Source: Octopus sinensis (taxonomy: Eukaryota). Taken from it: a DNA stretch of 64,000 nucleotides. The notes below the pieces were generated by a model. The model had not been told where the DNA came from. It did no database searches and saw nothing but the letters and a program-made list of their open reading frames with translations. The stretch is from NCBI RefSeq assembly GCF_006345805.1, contig NC_043000.1, positions 30,380,001 to 30,444,000 of the forward strand, read 5' to 3'. Below are positions 23,771 through 36,460 of this stretch, piece by piece. The position numbers and the translations under genes are program-made. Positions within the stretch are counted from its first letter, which is position 1, and each line of letters begins with the position of its first letter.

Positions 23771-25464
23771 ATTGGGAGTGGAGGTGGGGTTCGACGACCT
23801 ACCGCCTGTTGTATATTATGTAGATTTGAAGCCATACATGAACACGTAAAGGGTGAGTAAACTTTTAAAATTTTGTTAGAAGAGACTACATACGATTCTA
23901 AAAAGGAAGAAAAGAGAAAAAATGATATAAAACTTTTTATGAAAACAGTTATATGGTACTGCTTGAGAGTGAGGTTCAAGTAGCCATCACATCCTCATTA
24001 ATTTTTATCCATCTCTCATTCATTCGTCTTATGTTTTTCGTCCCCACTGTGGTGTTCTGTCTGTCCTTGTGACGTCTCCCTCTGTGTCATGGCCCGTGTG
24101 CCAAATAAAGAAAAGCCGTCGGTGAAGTACGCCGTAAGAGCCAGTTACGCAGACTTCAAAGTTGCATCGTTATAATGTAGGACATATCATAGACCATAAA
24201 ACAATACTTGCTGTTTAAGTTCTTTAAATCGTTTAGCGCCGATATTTAAAACAAGTTTTTCTTTTCAAAAAGAATAAACAAAACAAAACAATGATATTAA
24301 AAATTGTGGTTAGTTGCACGCGTGACTCTATGGTTAAAAATTTTGTGTCCTAGTGACATAGTTTGGGGCTCAGCTTCTCAGCATTGCACTTTGGGTTAGA
24401 AGCTTTAACTATAACCCCACGAGACAACCAAAACATTGAGTGAACTTTGCTTGGAAACAGGTGGGGTTAGTTGACAGGAAGGGCATCCGGTCAAAGAAAA
24501 TATATATTTATAAAATGCGTTCGATTCATGCAAATAGAAAAAAGTGAACGTTAAAGGTTGATGATGATGTTGATGAGTAAAATATAAGTGGAATAACAAG
24601 ACACTGAATAGTCACAGATAGAAGGATATTCGCTGTTGTTAATCTCGATGAGTATAAACCCGAGACTAGACAACAACACCAACAACAAAGTAAACAGAAG
24701 CAAACTTTAAAATTCTTTGGAAAATTTCTAAAACATCTTTTCGTCGAAGAATTCATTTATTAGACATTCACTACTCTTTGCTTTTCGCGTACAAACGCAC
24801 TCTCTATCAGTCTCTCTCACCCTTACATTTTCTCTCATACATACCTTCTCGTTCTCATACGCGGTCCCTCTCTAGTTACCAATGCGTCCGTATGTTACTC
24901 TCCCTCACATTATTTATCTTCCTCTCTTTCTCTGTATTTCTTTCTCTCAATATACATCCTCTTCTCTCCTGGTACCATTATGTTTGAATGTTTGCATTTT
25001 TTCTGATTTGAAAACATCTTGATGTGTAAAAGGAACATATATATATATATATAGATATATATCCACTTAAAAGTTTAATCTAATTTCCAAAAAATCATAA
25101 ATATTCATTCAATTAAGATTGAACTCAATATATGTAATTGGAATTTTTATTATCATTTCCAAGTATCATACAAGAGGGAAAGAAGAATAAAATATGTTAG
25201 ATGAGGTGGCTGGTGGTCAGAGAGAGAGTGGAAAATAAATGCAAGCAACCAGCTCAGAGTAACGTTGAAAAGAGAACACAGAGGCATTATGCAGATAGAG
25301 ATACGGACACTAGATTTGTAATTGCGTATATAAGTATATGTGTGTGTGTGTGTGTGTGTTGTGTGTGTGTGTGTGTGTGTACGTGTGACATGTTTCTGTT
25401 AGAGGTCCGCGAAACTTTAAGTCACGTGGGACCGAATCAAACTGGTATATATATACTCCTTTAC

Positions 25465-25775
25465 TCTTTTACTCTTTTACTTGTTTCAGTCATTTGACTG
25501 TGGCTGTGCTGGAGCATCGCTTTTAGTCGAGCAAATCGACCCCAGGACTTACTCTTTGTAAGCCTAGTACTTATTATTCTATCGGTCTTTTTTGCCGAAC
25601 CGCTAAGTTACGGTGACGTAAACACACCAGCATCGGTTGTCAAGTGATGTTGGGAGGACTAAAAAAGGGAAACACAAACATATACATACACATATACATA
25701 TATATATATATATACGACGGGCTTTCAGTTTCCGTCTACCAAATCCACTCACAATGCTTTGGTCGGCCCGAGGCT
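25465..25775 (-). mobile_element. SINE family A, 5'-truncated
   Basis: Tail (TCTTTTA)n, GTCGAGCAAATCGACCCCAGGAC and CCGTCTACCAAATCCACTCAC are shared with other copies. Confidence 0.8.
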
Positions 25776-26178
25776 ACAAATATATATATATAAGCTGTGG
25801 TGGAGAACAGCTCACACGTGTGCTGAGGCTAGCCAAAGGATTTATATTTAGATATATCTGGGGTACTTATGTGTGCTCATGACATTTGCTTCGGCTTTTT
25901 TTTCCATAGGCGCATGTATTTCATTTCTTTCTTATCGTATTTTCTACTGAAGAGGAAAAGAATCTATGAGATTAATTCCGAAATTGATTCAATATACAGA
26001 TAACGAACGTTTTGAAAAATCCTGTTAGGTAGCTTTCCTTGATTTCAGCACAGCACAACGTATTTCTGCAGTGGGTATATAATAATATATGAAAATTTAC
26101 GATTTAAAAGTCGGTTATCGGCATATTGGGAGGGAAATAATTGTCTTTTACCCTTGTTTATAAGTTGTATAAATATAT

Positions 26179-26255
<77 letters not shown>

Positions 26256-26599
26256 TATATATAATAGAATAACTTACATTTTCTGCCGGTCTTTATTTAA
26301 TGATCTTTACCTCTCGGTAGCAGGAGTACTTTTTTCTTTACTAAGTCCACTCATCACAGAACAGTAGAGTGTATATATGCATTTATATATGCATTAGTTA
26401 AGAAAGACGGGTGCAGATGTTCACTCTGTAGCTTGCTAAACGTGCAGAGACATTAGAAGATGTCCACTCAGTATGTCTTCTAATGCGAACGACTTCGTGT
26501 GATTAAGTAGAAACTTCTACAAAACAAAGTTTGAAGTAATATCAAAATACAGTTCTATATTTAAGAGATGAGGAATTATGTACATTATTTACATTTGAT

Positions 26600-26785
26600 G
26601 GAAACCACCTCCACCTGTGGGATGAAGTTAAAATAATAGATAGAGAACACCACTGGAACATACGGAAACTAAAAGAACGAGCACATATGTTAGAACACAA
26701 CAATCTCCTAAACAGACCGAGTGCAGATATGAGTAGTTTATGGGAACCGGTATTAAGGAAGAATAGGAGAATATTAGATTTATAA
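26600..26785 (+). pseudogene. C-terminal part of a PLE GIY-YIG endonuclease domain
   Basis: GNHLHLWDEVKIIDREHHWNIRKLKERAHMLEHNNLLNRPSADMSSLWEPVLRKNRRILDL*. Fits the H..W....I.D.E.....R..KE...I.....LN......W pattern of PLE endonucleases. Confidence 0.7.
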
Positions 26786-26864
26786 GCCCTAAAATTCACT
26801 CCATAATTGCTCACAGGCATATGGCTAGTAACTTCAAGATTCCGAGTTCGATTCCAGGTAGTGA

Positions 26865-26868
<4 letters not shown>

Positions 26869-26943
<75 letters not shown>
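26869..26943. repeat. (AAT)25 microsatellite
   Basis: Direct reading. It explains the poly-N/poly-L ORFs. Confidence 0.97.
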
Positions 26944-26957
26944 CGAAATTTCCCAAT

Positions 26958-27001
26958 GTACCTGATGAAGGCTGGAGGGTATATCAGTCGAAACGTTGTG
27001 T
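26958..27001 (+). ncRNA. Predicted minimal type I hammerhead (extra A after the CUGAUGA core)
   Basis: GUAC-CUGAUGA-A-GGCUGG(AGGGUAUA)UCAGUC-GAAAC-GUU|GUGU. Helix II has 6 bp. Helix III is the loop-less palindrome AACGUU, feasible only as a dimer. Helix I is weak (4 bp, 2 G-U). Confidence 0.6.
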
Positions 27002-29086
27002 TAACAACAAACAAGATGGGGACAAATAATGTAAATAATGTAGTATCGAAATGCTACACATTCTTCGGAGACCGGGATGCTTAAGCAAGTCCTTAAATGA
27101 GGAATTCTACTAAATTGTCTTCAGAGTTACTGAAAGATAGGGAAAGATTGGGATTTTACAATATCGGAAATATAAGATGTAGTTTCTGCACAGCTGAAGA
27201 ATACAACCATTGTTTAATGTCTATTTAATTGTCTTTCGACTTTCATCGTATTCTGAAATTTCTACATAAAATGTAGATGTTTTGGGAAGCACTTATTGCA
27301 TAACAGTTTCATAATTTCTCGACCAGGCTAAACAAATACCCTAACAACGTCTACTCGGTACCGTAGAGTAGTTCCTTTTCCCCTGAGTACATTACTTTTG
27401 TATCATGTATGTATAGCAAATATATAAATAAAGCTTGAGTCCAATGCATTAACATTGATTGATTTTATTTTTACACCAACTCGTATATCTTTTCTCTCTT
27501 TATTTTTTTTTTATTTTTCCCAGCCTCATCCTCCACCATTTCTCCTTGTTTTATAAAGAGTTTCCATTTTCTTTATTGATGACAATCTCTCATTTATTTG
27601 TCCATTCCTTAGTTTCACATATAAACGCAAAAATATATAATTTTTGTCGTCAGCAAGCCTTTTTCCTCTTGTAGCCGTCTTTGCTACAATGACATATTGG
27701 AAGCTGTGTTCTTTCAGATGTTATTTCAGATTTACAGTGAGCAAAATCTGATCAATGTCTCATTAACTGCGAAATAGCTGACTCATGATCTGTTGTTTCT
27801 ATTGCATCAAAATCATATATTTAACTACACGATTTGCATACAAGTATATCGCTGTATTCTTTCATGAGGCAATCATTCTCTAATGTTCATGCATGTGTGT
27901 GTATATATGTGTGCGTATATGTGTGTATGTGCGTATATGTGAGCATGTGCTTATATATATATATAAATGCATTATACACACATACGTATATATATACATA
28001 TATTCATACACACACACACACAAACATATATATTTATATACATAAATTCATACACTCATGCGCACACAGACGTATATACATGCGCGTGTATATATATTAT
28101 TTTGGGCTAAAATGTATAAGAATATACACACACATACACACACATATATACACACCTATATATATATGTGTGTACATGTATATATACATAAATATTGATA
28201 TTGATATAAAGTTGGGGTTTGTGAATATATCATTGCAGTTATTTTGTAATATAAAATATATGGCGTTCAGTTAGCTCCATCAATATTTTAGTTCCGCGGT
28301 GCCTACACATGTCAAAGAATGCAAAAAAGACAGACATATTTCTATCTCCATCACGCTTTACTTCCTTGCTACTGCTGCTAAGGCTGAGATAAATATAAAT
28401 CTTTTCTGCTGAGAGATGGAGATCTAAATGAATATGAATCCATCCTTTTCTTTTCTGTTTCTCTAAACTGAACCATAGATATTCACTAGAGAGTTAGTTC
28501 AAGGATCTGAAATATTTCTAAATATACATAATTTAAAACATGTCTAATCAATCACAAACTGCGTTTACCGGTAATGTATTTAAATTGTAAATTCGTTTTA
28601 GATTCAGTTGCTTTTACACAATATATGCATTGCTATCTTCCTTTAAGTTAATAAATAATATAAGACAGTGATGAATGCAATAAATGTGTAAATTCTTATT
28701 ACTTAAATATTCCAAATTCTTAAAACAAATGTCACTTATCTTTGACAGTGTTAGAATTATAAAATTAATTAGCTAATCTTTCACTATCCGCGTTATATAT
28801 CTATTTTAAAAGCTGATTCGCTTTTTTTCGTGGTTGTTAGCGCATCTGTTTACACTTGTCGAGAAGTCAGCAAACAATTACACATTGAGTAGTTACCGAA
28901 GTAGCTACATTTTGCGAAACGTTCAGATTAGGTTTCTTGTTAAAAGCGGTTTGAAAGGAAAGACAGTCTTTCGGCAGAAAGGATTGAGAATGAAATAGAA
29001 GACTTTAGAGCATAACCCGATACTTGCAGCGCTCAACTGTCAGTACAGATAGTAACGGGACTGATTAACATGCACTTTATTGAGGA

Positions 29087-29203
29087 CTAGCAGTATAACC
29101 CGGCCTTGCCCGGGATTAAGTTACGATTATTAAGCTAATCAAGTTCTTTATTTCAAACCAAACTAAGTAATATCGACATCAAATTTGGGCGAAATCCGTT
29201 GAA

Positions 29204-29267
<64 letters not shown>

Positions 29268-29575
29268 ATGATGCCAAGGATTCAGCGGTACATATGTTTC
29301 GGGCCTTTATTAGACGGATTTATAACAATGCATAATGTGTGTCTATGGCCTTCTTCAGCCGCACACAATTACTACCTCAAGGACATGTATTACATCAAAA
29401 ATTCTACGTTGGGGATGCAAATCCTCTCATTCGCGTACGACATAATGCGGCAACAGCATAAAAATGAAGCGTCCATCTCGTCCTTCTCTCAATGTAGAAT
29501 GTATTCATTTACTCCACCACCTACACCACCAAACGGTATATACAGGTGCTTACAATTATCAAGTACTCACCCTGA

Positions 29576-29627
<52 letters not shown>

Positions 29628-30670
29628 AATATAATATAATATATAATATAATATATAATATAATATATATGGGCAACACGCACATACACACACGTACATA
29701 CGTAAACCTATTGTATATGTTTTTTTGCACGCATGTTCATAAATGAATGGGAAAAAATGTTGGTAAATTTGTAGATTAACACTCGCACGATATTCACTAA
29801 GAAAAAAAATTTTTGTTTTTTGCGTGGAATCAACTACTCTGGCATCCTAATATGCTACAAAACTCATTTTGTGGTCCGTGAAAAGGAGTGGGGTGTGGTG
29901 GAAGCCTCGGAAATTGTACCCATTGATATTGTGTAATTCACTGACAAACTGTTAATTACGTCTTTGTTTCTTTGTTGTTAAATGGATTGTCAACAAAATA
30001 CTTTTTTACTCGGCGTAAAATAAAAACAAAACTCTTTCGCGCCCAAAGCAATGTGTGTGTGAGAGAGAGGGGGAAAATATGAACGATTTAAAATAAATAT
30101 ATTGTAATTTTTGTGTGAGAAAGTATATATACTCTGATTATAAAATATAGTGTCTTTGAAAAACATCCTAAATTTGAACACAATATCTCGTGTTTAAAAA
30201 AAAACAAAAGATTTTACATTTTATTTTTATGAACGCTGTGACTCTCCCTCTCTCTCCCTCACTTTGTCTTTACCTTGTTTTTTTGTTAGACGCTGATCTC
30301 CCACTCTTCCTTACGCATACTTTTTCTTAATTATTTTTGTTTGACGTTGCGAAACACTCTCTCCCTCACACACACACACACACACACATACACATACATC
30401 AACGCACAACTTCTCTCTCTCCCTCACACACACAATTTCACTTGGCTATGGCTAGAAGGAACTTAAATCATGTTAGCAACCTTCAAATTAGTTAAAAGCT
30501 ATGGCTGAAAATAGATTTTTCCCGGTATCCGCGGGAGCCTCGGAGAAAAAATAAGTTGACAAAACCCAGGTAGGATGTTGACGAATGTCCTCCTAAAATT
30601 GGAGTGACATGCCTGCTAATTTGTAGACGTGCACAACTTACAATCACGTACACATACACACACACGCGCA

Positions 30671-30709
<39 letters not shown>

Positions 30710-30730
30710 CCTGCCTTATACATATACAGA
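29087..30730 (-). mobile_element. Non-autonomous Helitron, ~1.64 kb, with nested microsatellites and a hammerhead element
   Basis: 5' A|TCTGTATATGTATAAGGCAGG (30730). 3' hairpin CCCGG-N6-CCGGG (29099-29114) then CTGCTAG|T (29087). That both ends belong to one element is inferred. Confidence 0.65.
29285..29362 (-). ncRNA. Predicted type I hammerhead with long helix II
   Basis: GCGG-CUGAAGA-A GGCC..UAGAC..GUCUA..GGCC C-GAA-ACAUAUGU-A|CCGC. Perfect core, palindromic helix III, GUA triplet, 4-bp GC helix I. Confidence 0.65.
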
Positions 30731-31294
30731 TGACTGAGAAACGAACAGGAGAGAAAACTTCCCAAAGATCATTTTTGACATCAATATCTGATAATGAAGA
30801 GCCTCTCTATATTTCCACGCCATTTAACAAACTAGATGCTTTCGTGATGTTTGACAATCACCTCAATATAGAGTAAAATCCAACAACTCATATATAACCT
30901 TGCTGACGGTGTTGTGACAGATGACATTTTCATTGCTAATTATAAACAAAATCATGTATAGTCTCTGAAATGTTTTATGAGAAGTGAAGTAGCAATTTGG
31001 AGAAGTTAAAGATACTTTAGAGTTGCGTTTGAAGTGATTTATGCACACTGTCATCGACGGAATATAGATTATTGTTTTCTAATTATCTATACTTGGTGAA
31101 TTATTCTGTTCTATTTTGTGTCTGGCTATCACAAGCGTAGGCGTGGATGTGTTGAAGATGGCTTTTCAGCTGCATGGTTTTCCCGTTTAATCTCACTGCA
31201 TGACACCCCCGGCAAGTGCCTTAATAACACTATTCCCGAGCAGACCAAAGTCTTGTGAATGAATTTGGCTGTTGGAAACCTAACGAAGACCGTC

Positions 31295-31345
<51 letters not shown>

Positions 31346-31858
31346 TGTGTGTGTGTCCAGTTAAATGAAAAAAAGAAAATGGAGATGAGGAAGTTAACAA
31401 TTATTCACTATTAACAAATTGGTCATCTTCTTACAGCCGTTTCAATTAATACTCCATAATTCAATTACAAATTTTCCCATTAAATTTGCATTTATATGAC
31501 ATGAGCATAATTTCATCAGTGAAAATGATGTACCTTGAGATGCTATATGCGGACCTATCAGTTCATTTTAGCAGTATCTGCTGAAATGAACTGATAGGTG
31601 AGTGCTTTCACTCACCCTTCATCCATTCAATAATGGGAGATTCAGCGTGACACACAATGTAAAACAACTGGCCCTTTTGAAATACATATACAACTCATTT
31701 TGCCAGCTGAATGGACTGCAGCAATGTGAAATAAAATGCCTTGCTCTAGGACACATCGCACCGTAGGGAATCGAGACCATGACCTTTGGATCATGCGCCG
31801 AATACCCTAACCGCTAAGCCACGCGCTTTCCGTAACCTACCATTCATCCGTGGCAATA

Positions 31859-32091
31859 TAGTAAGCCCTCAACTATCGCGGGTGTTGCGTTCCAAAAAAA
31901 TCCGTGATAAGTGAAAATCCGCGAAGTAGACACAGTACTGTATTGTATATTTGTTTTAATATTTTTATTATTTCTATATATTTACAGTATTATAAATGCA
32001 AAACATCACGGAGGATTCGATGTAAGCTTAAATAATAAACTGCGGTAGGTGAACCGTGACAGGTGAACCGCGATATAGCGAGAGATTACTG
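31859..32091. mobile_element. Tigger/pogo-like MITE
   Basis: Imperfect TIRs TAGTAAGCCCTCAACTATCGCGG / CCGCGATATAGCGAGAGATTACTG, with TA on the left and CA on the right (decayed TA TSD). Confidence 0.6.
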
Positions 32092-32409
32092 CATATGATC
32101 GGTAGAAAACTCTTGGAGTTCACAAATTCTTAATTTTTGCCAAGTGTTATTGCAATATCAAAACATAATGCGTTATTTAGACTCAGTAAAACATTTGGAA
32201 GGCAAAAATGTTTGAGAGCAGAAAGAATTGTTAGAGACTTCATGTTTGTGTTTTAAGGATAAACAATTGAGAGTAATGTTTCTAAAATAATTCTTGGGCA
32301 GTTCTGTGTGTTTTGGCAGAACAGGTAAGGATAAAACAATCATACTAAAGGGCGTTGAAACTTTACGGTTGAGTGTAAGGTTTTTGGAGGACAATATTTC
32401 ATTTTGTGA

Positions 32410-32695
32410 AGGCGCGTCGTCCAGTTGTTATCGTATCGCACTAAAGATCTGGCGGTCGTAGGTTCGATTCCCGGAGCGAGCAGTGTGTTGTGTTCTTGAG
32501 AAAAACATCTAATTTCACGTGGCTTCTGTCCACTCACCTGTAAAACGGTTACCCTGTGACGGACTATTCTTCTGACCAGAGGGAATTTTAACCTGCTCGC
32601 CTAGCCTGCGGGGTGGCATCATTCGAAGTACATTGTGACCACCGATCAATAACAACATCCGATATTCAGGTCGATCATGTGATCACGTGATCACA
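32410..32695 (+). mobile_element. tRNA-headed SINE family E (other copies ~34345-34570 and ~40255-40500 on -)
   Basis: B-box GGTTCGATTCCC, central TTGTGTTCTTGAG..CATCTAATTTCACGT..GTCCACTCA, and a 3' CATTGTGACC...CCGATA..GGTCGATCA shared among copies. Confidence 0.65.
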
Positions 32696-33385
32696 TTTCG
32701 CTTTAGTCAACATGCGTTTGAAATATTTCCATTTAGCGTTGTATCATTCCTGGACAATGGCATTTGCGACGCATTTGATAACCTCTGATAATTGTAATGT
32801 TGTTGTAAATAACAGTTAATGGAAACAGAAGCAAAGAATAAGCTAGCTCACAAGATGGCGGGTAAAAGTACTCTCTCGTATTATTGTGTTGAGTTAGGTC
32901 TTTCGATCATTTCCTACGCTGACAACGTTTCATCATCCAAGAGGAGTTGTGACCTTCAGTGAAGGAGTTCTTTATCTTGATGGTCAAGAGCTCGTATCAG
33001 TGTGAGATCAAATAACTAGCAGAAAGGTGGTTCCGGATGGTGCAACACGATGGCCTCTATTTTGAACTCTTGGCTGCTTTTGATGTAACTTGAAGTGGTT
33101 ATGTGGTTAGAAGCTTGCTCCCAACCACATGGTTCCGATTTCAGTCCCATTGCGTGGCAACATGGGCGCGTGAGTTCTACTATAGCCTCGGACCGACCGA
33201 AGCCATGTGAGTGGATTTGGTAAGCAGAAACTAAAAGAAGCTTATATATATATATATTATATATATATTATATATATATATATATAAGGATAATATTGAT
33301 ATTTAAATATCAGTATTATCAAGTGGCCAGCATGGGAATAAATACCATACAAAAGGTAATAATTTTTGACACCCTTATTTTTAGT

Positions 33386-33416
<31 letters not shown>

Positions 33417-33423
<7 letters not shown>

Positions 33424-33463
33424 GGGATATAATTAATAAATATCCTGGAAACAGCTGTAAGAC
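33417..33463 (+). ncRNA. 5'-truncated hammerhead motif inside the microsatellite of a SINE A copy
   Basis: (TA)n-CGAUGA-AGGGAUAU..AUAUCCUG-GAA-ACAGCUGU-A|AGAC. Same family as 54548-54599. Confidence 0.55.
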
Positions 33464-35261
33464 CTTCTATCTATAAATGTTCTAATATCTACATAGTTAT
33501 GGATTTTTTGTCTCATTACGTAAAAAGTTCTTATATGTGTGTGGGTGTGTGTGTGTGTATGTGTGCGCGCGCGTGTATGTGTGTGTATGTATGTGTGTAT
33601 GCTTGTGTGCATTTTTGTATGTGTGCGCGTGTGTGTCTGTTTTTCCATCGCTTGACAACCGATATTGGTGTGTTTACGTCCCTGTAACTTAACGGTTCGA
33701 CAAAAGATGCCGATAGAATAAGTACTAGGCTTCCAAAAAATAAGCCCTGAAGTTGGTTTGTTTGACTAAAAGCGATGCTCCAACAAAGCCACAGTCAAAT
33801 ATCAGGAAACAAGCAAAAGAGTAAAAGAGTAATAAAAGAAATAATTCACCAAAATATTGGCTTCAGATTTAGGCAAAAGTTTAGCCAGCAAGTTTGGGGG
33901 AGGGGTAAGTCGATTAAATTAACCCCCAGTGATACTTTTTTATCAATCCCGAAAGGATGAAAGGCTAAGTCGACCTCGGCTGAATTTGATCTCTATTCTA
34001 GGCACAAGGCCCGAAACTTTTGGAGAGGGGGATAGTCGATTAGATCGACCCCAGTACGCAACTGGTACTTAATTTATCGAGCCCGAGAGGATGAAAGTCA
34101 AAGTCGACTTCGGCGAAATTTGAACTCAAAACGTAAAGACACACAAAATACCGCTAAGCATCTCGTCCGGTCTGCTAACGTTTCTGCCAGCTTACCGCAT
34201 TAAAAAGTTACCATAATATTGCTAAACTTTTGACTCGACACAATATATTTTCTTTACTCTCTGCGTTCAAACCACACTAGAGGCAACGTTATCCGTCCTT
34301 CTCCCTGCATTAAAATATTGAACTACAAAATGATCAGCTAATCACATGACTGATCAGACTATCAGAAGATGTTACATATCGCTGTTCACAATGCGCTTTG
34401 TCTCGTTTTAGCCTTCGACTGATGCTACTTCGCTGGTTAGGTGAACAATCGAACATTCCCCACTGATTGTAAGAGGGACTTGATTTGAACATCCGCGCCG
34501 CCAAGTCTGGGCATCGAAGCCACGATCTAGCGATCGAAAGAGTTAGACCACTATACCACGCGGCTTCACATACTACAAACGGTTAGCCAAATACTGGCTT
34601 CCGATTTAAAGTACCAATCAATTAACGCAATCGATTTCGAATCTAACCTCCCACCCATTCCCACCTCGCGCATATTTGCAGTTCCGTACTTGTGTTACAA
34701 ATCATTATCTTCGTATCGATACTGCTGTTATTAGGACTATTACTACAGCTGGCGTGTTTGCGTTTATCATTTCTGCCGTTGAACTGAGAGAGAGACAAGT
34801 AGGTCGTGACACCATGTGATGTTATATTAACGGGGCGATATCGTGTGTGTGCGTGTGTTTGTGTGTGGCTCCGTGAAAGTATAGGATGTTACAAAAGCAC
34901 ATCCTGTAGTATGTGATTATGTGTGCACTTGCCAGTGAGTGTATGATTATTTTTGCGTGAGTGATCTAATGGAGCGAGCTACAATACAGAATGCGCGCGA
35001 ATTCGTTTTCTACATTGAGAAGAGTTTGCTTAAGCTGTTGTTTGTCGTGATTTGCCTTTGTTTTACCCAGAGTGATCAGACCTAGACTAGGATCATTGAT
35101 ATTCCTGACGTGGCCATCCAGTGTTTTTCCAGACACACAATTATAGGAATGTGACCTTCCATTATTAGTCTATGCAATATCTATCTATCTCTCTATCTCT
35201 CTATCTAACTATGTATGTATGTATGGATGGATGTACGTATGTTATATAAATATAAATATAC

Positions 35262-35306
<45 letters not shown>

Positions 35307-35410
35307 GTACGTAGTATATATATATGTATATTATATATATATATATATATATATTAGTGAATTGAAGAAATGGAGTTGAACGAAGATTGAACAGAAATCG
35401 TTTTATTGCA

Positions 35411-35489
35411 TTCTACACGTGTTTCGAAAGGCACAATTTACCAAATTCCGATTGAATAAGGAGACCATATTGTGTCTTTCTCTCAGGAA
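35411..35489 (-). ncRNA. Hammerhead-like motif with a one-base core deletion (probably inactive)
   Basis: UUC-CUGA_GA-GAAAGACACAAU..AUUGUGCCUUUC-GAA-ACACGUGU-A|GAA. Helix II is 11/12 bp and helix III is palindromic. Confidence 0.5.
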
Positions 35490-35941
35490 GAAAGGAAATC
35501 CGTTGGAAAAAACAAAAACAGAACAGAGGCGGAGCAAAACAAATCGAACGAGGCTCCTAAGAGCCCATGGCCAAACTGTTTATCAATGTATGTTGAAAAC
35601 TGGTGGTGGTGCGTTGAAGGTTTTAACGGGTCAGGCAGCGGTCATTCCGGTGGTGGGAGCACAGGGTGCTTAAATGTTCTTTGTGACCGAGACTAAAGTT
35701 CTGACTATTTAAATAATATTAGGTGTATTATATGGGCGAGACAAAATCTACTTAGAAACATGTGTGTGTGTGTGTGTGTTGTGTGTGTGTACTGTTTATT
35801 CAATTATCCGCACCAACGCACGGTTGCAACACCATATTTTGTACCTCCAACCGTGCTGTCTTCTGCTGTGATTTTTGCTACCAAGAATCGGTTAAACTTT
35901 TGATTAATCTGCAACAAGATTATTCATCTTTCTATTTCACT

Positions 35942-36012
<71 letters not shown>

Positions 36013-36460
36013 TATATAATATATATAATATATATGTATATATATATATATATATGCATGAGAGGACGACGAGCTGGCGGAATCGTTAGGACGCCGGAGA
36101 AAATGCTTAGTAACATTTCGTCCGTCTTTACGTTCTGAGTTCAAGTCTTGCTGATGTCAACTTTCCGTTTCATCATTCCGGGGTCGATAAAATAAGTACC
36201 CGTTGAATGCTGGGAGTCGATGAAATCAACTTATCTCCTCCCACTTCCAAATTGTGGGCCTTGTACCAAAATTTGTAACCGATATCTATATATGAGATAT
36301 ACATATTTATATGATATCCATAGATGTATGGTATCAATTAATGAACAACAAGGGAACAAGAATTACATAACCAACTTCATTAGCTTACAGCTGTTTCTGC
36401 AATAAGAAGTACTTGTGCAACATTCTCAAAGTTCCCAAAACCATTAAAATGAAGTGTATG

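Larger units (their letters stand above)
26548..27042 (+). mobile_element. Penelope-like element 3' end (GIY-YIG tail, (AAT)n, hammerhead) with a short inverted terminal segment
   Basis: Coding tail 26600-26785 and hammerhead 26958-27001. TACATTATTTACATT (26581-26595) is the reverse complement of AATGTAAATAATGTA (~27028-27042). Confidence 0.75.

Noticed and set aside
34700-35050. Relatively CpG-rich unique stretch that might be a promoter
   Set aside because: No diagnostic core-promoter arrangement or adjacent exon can be shown from the sequence alone.
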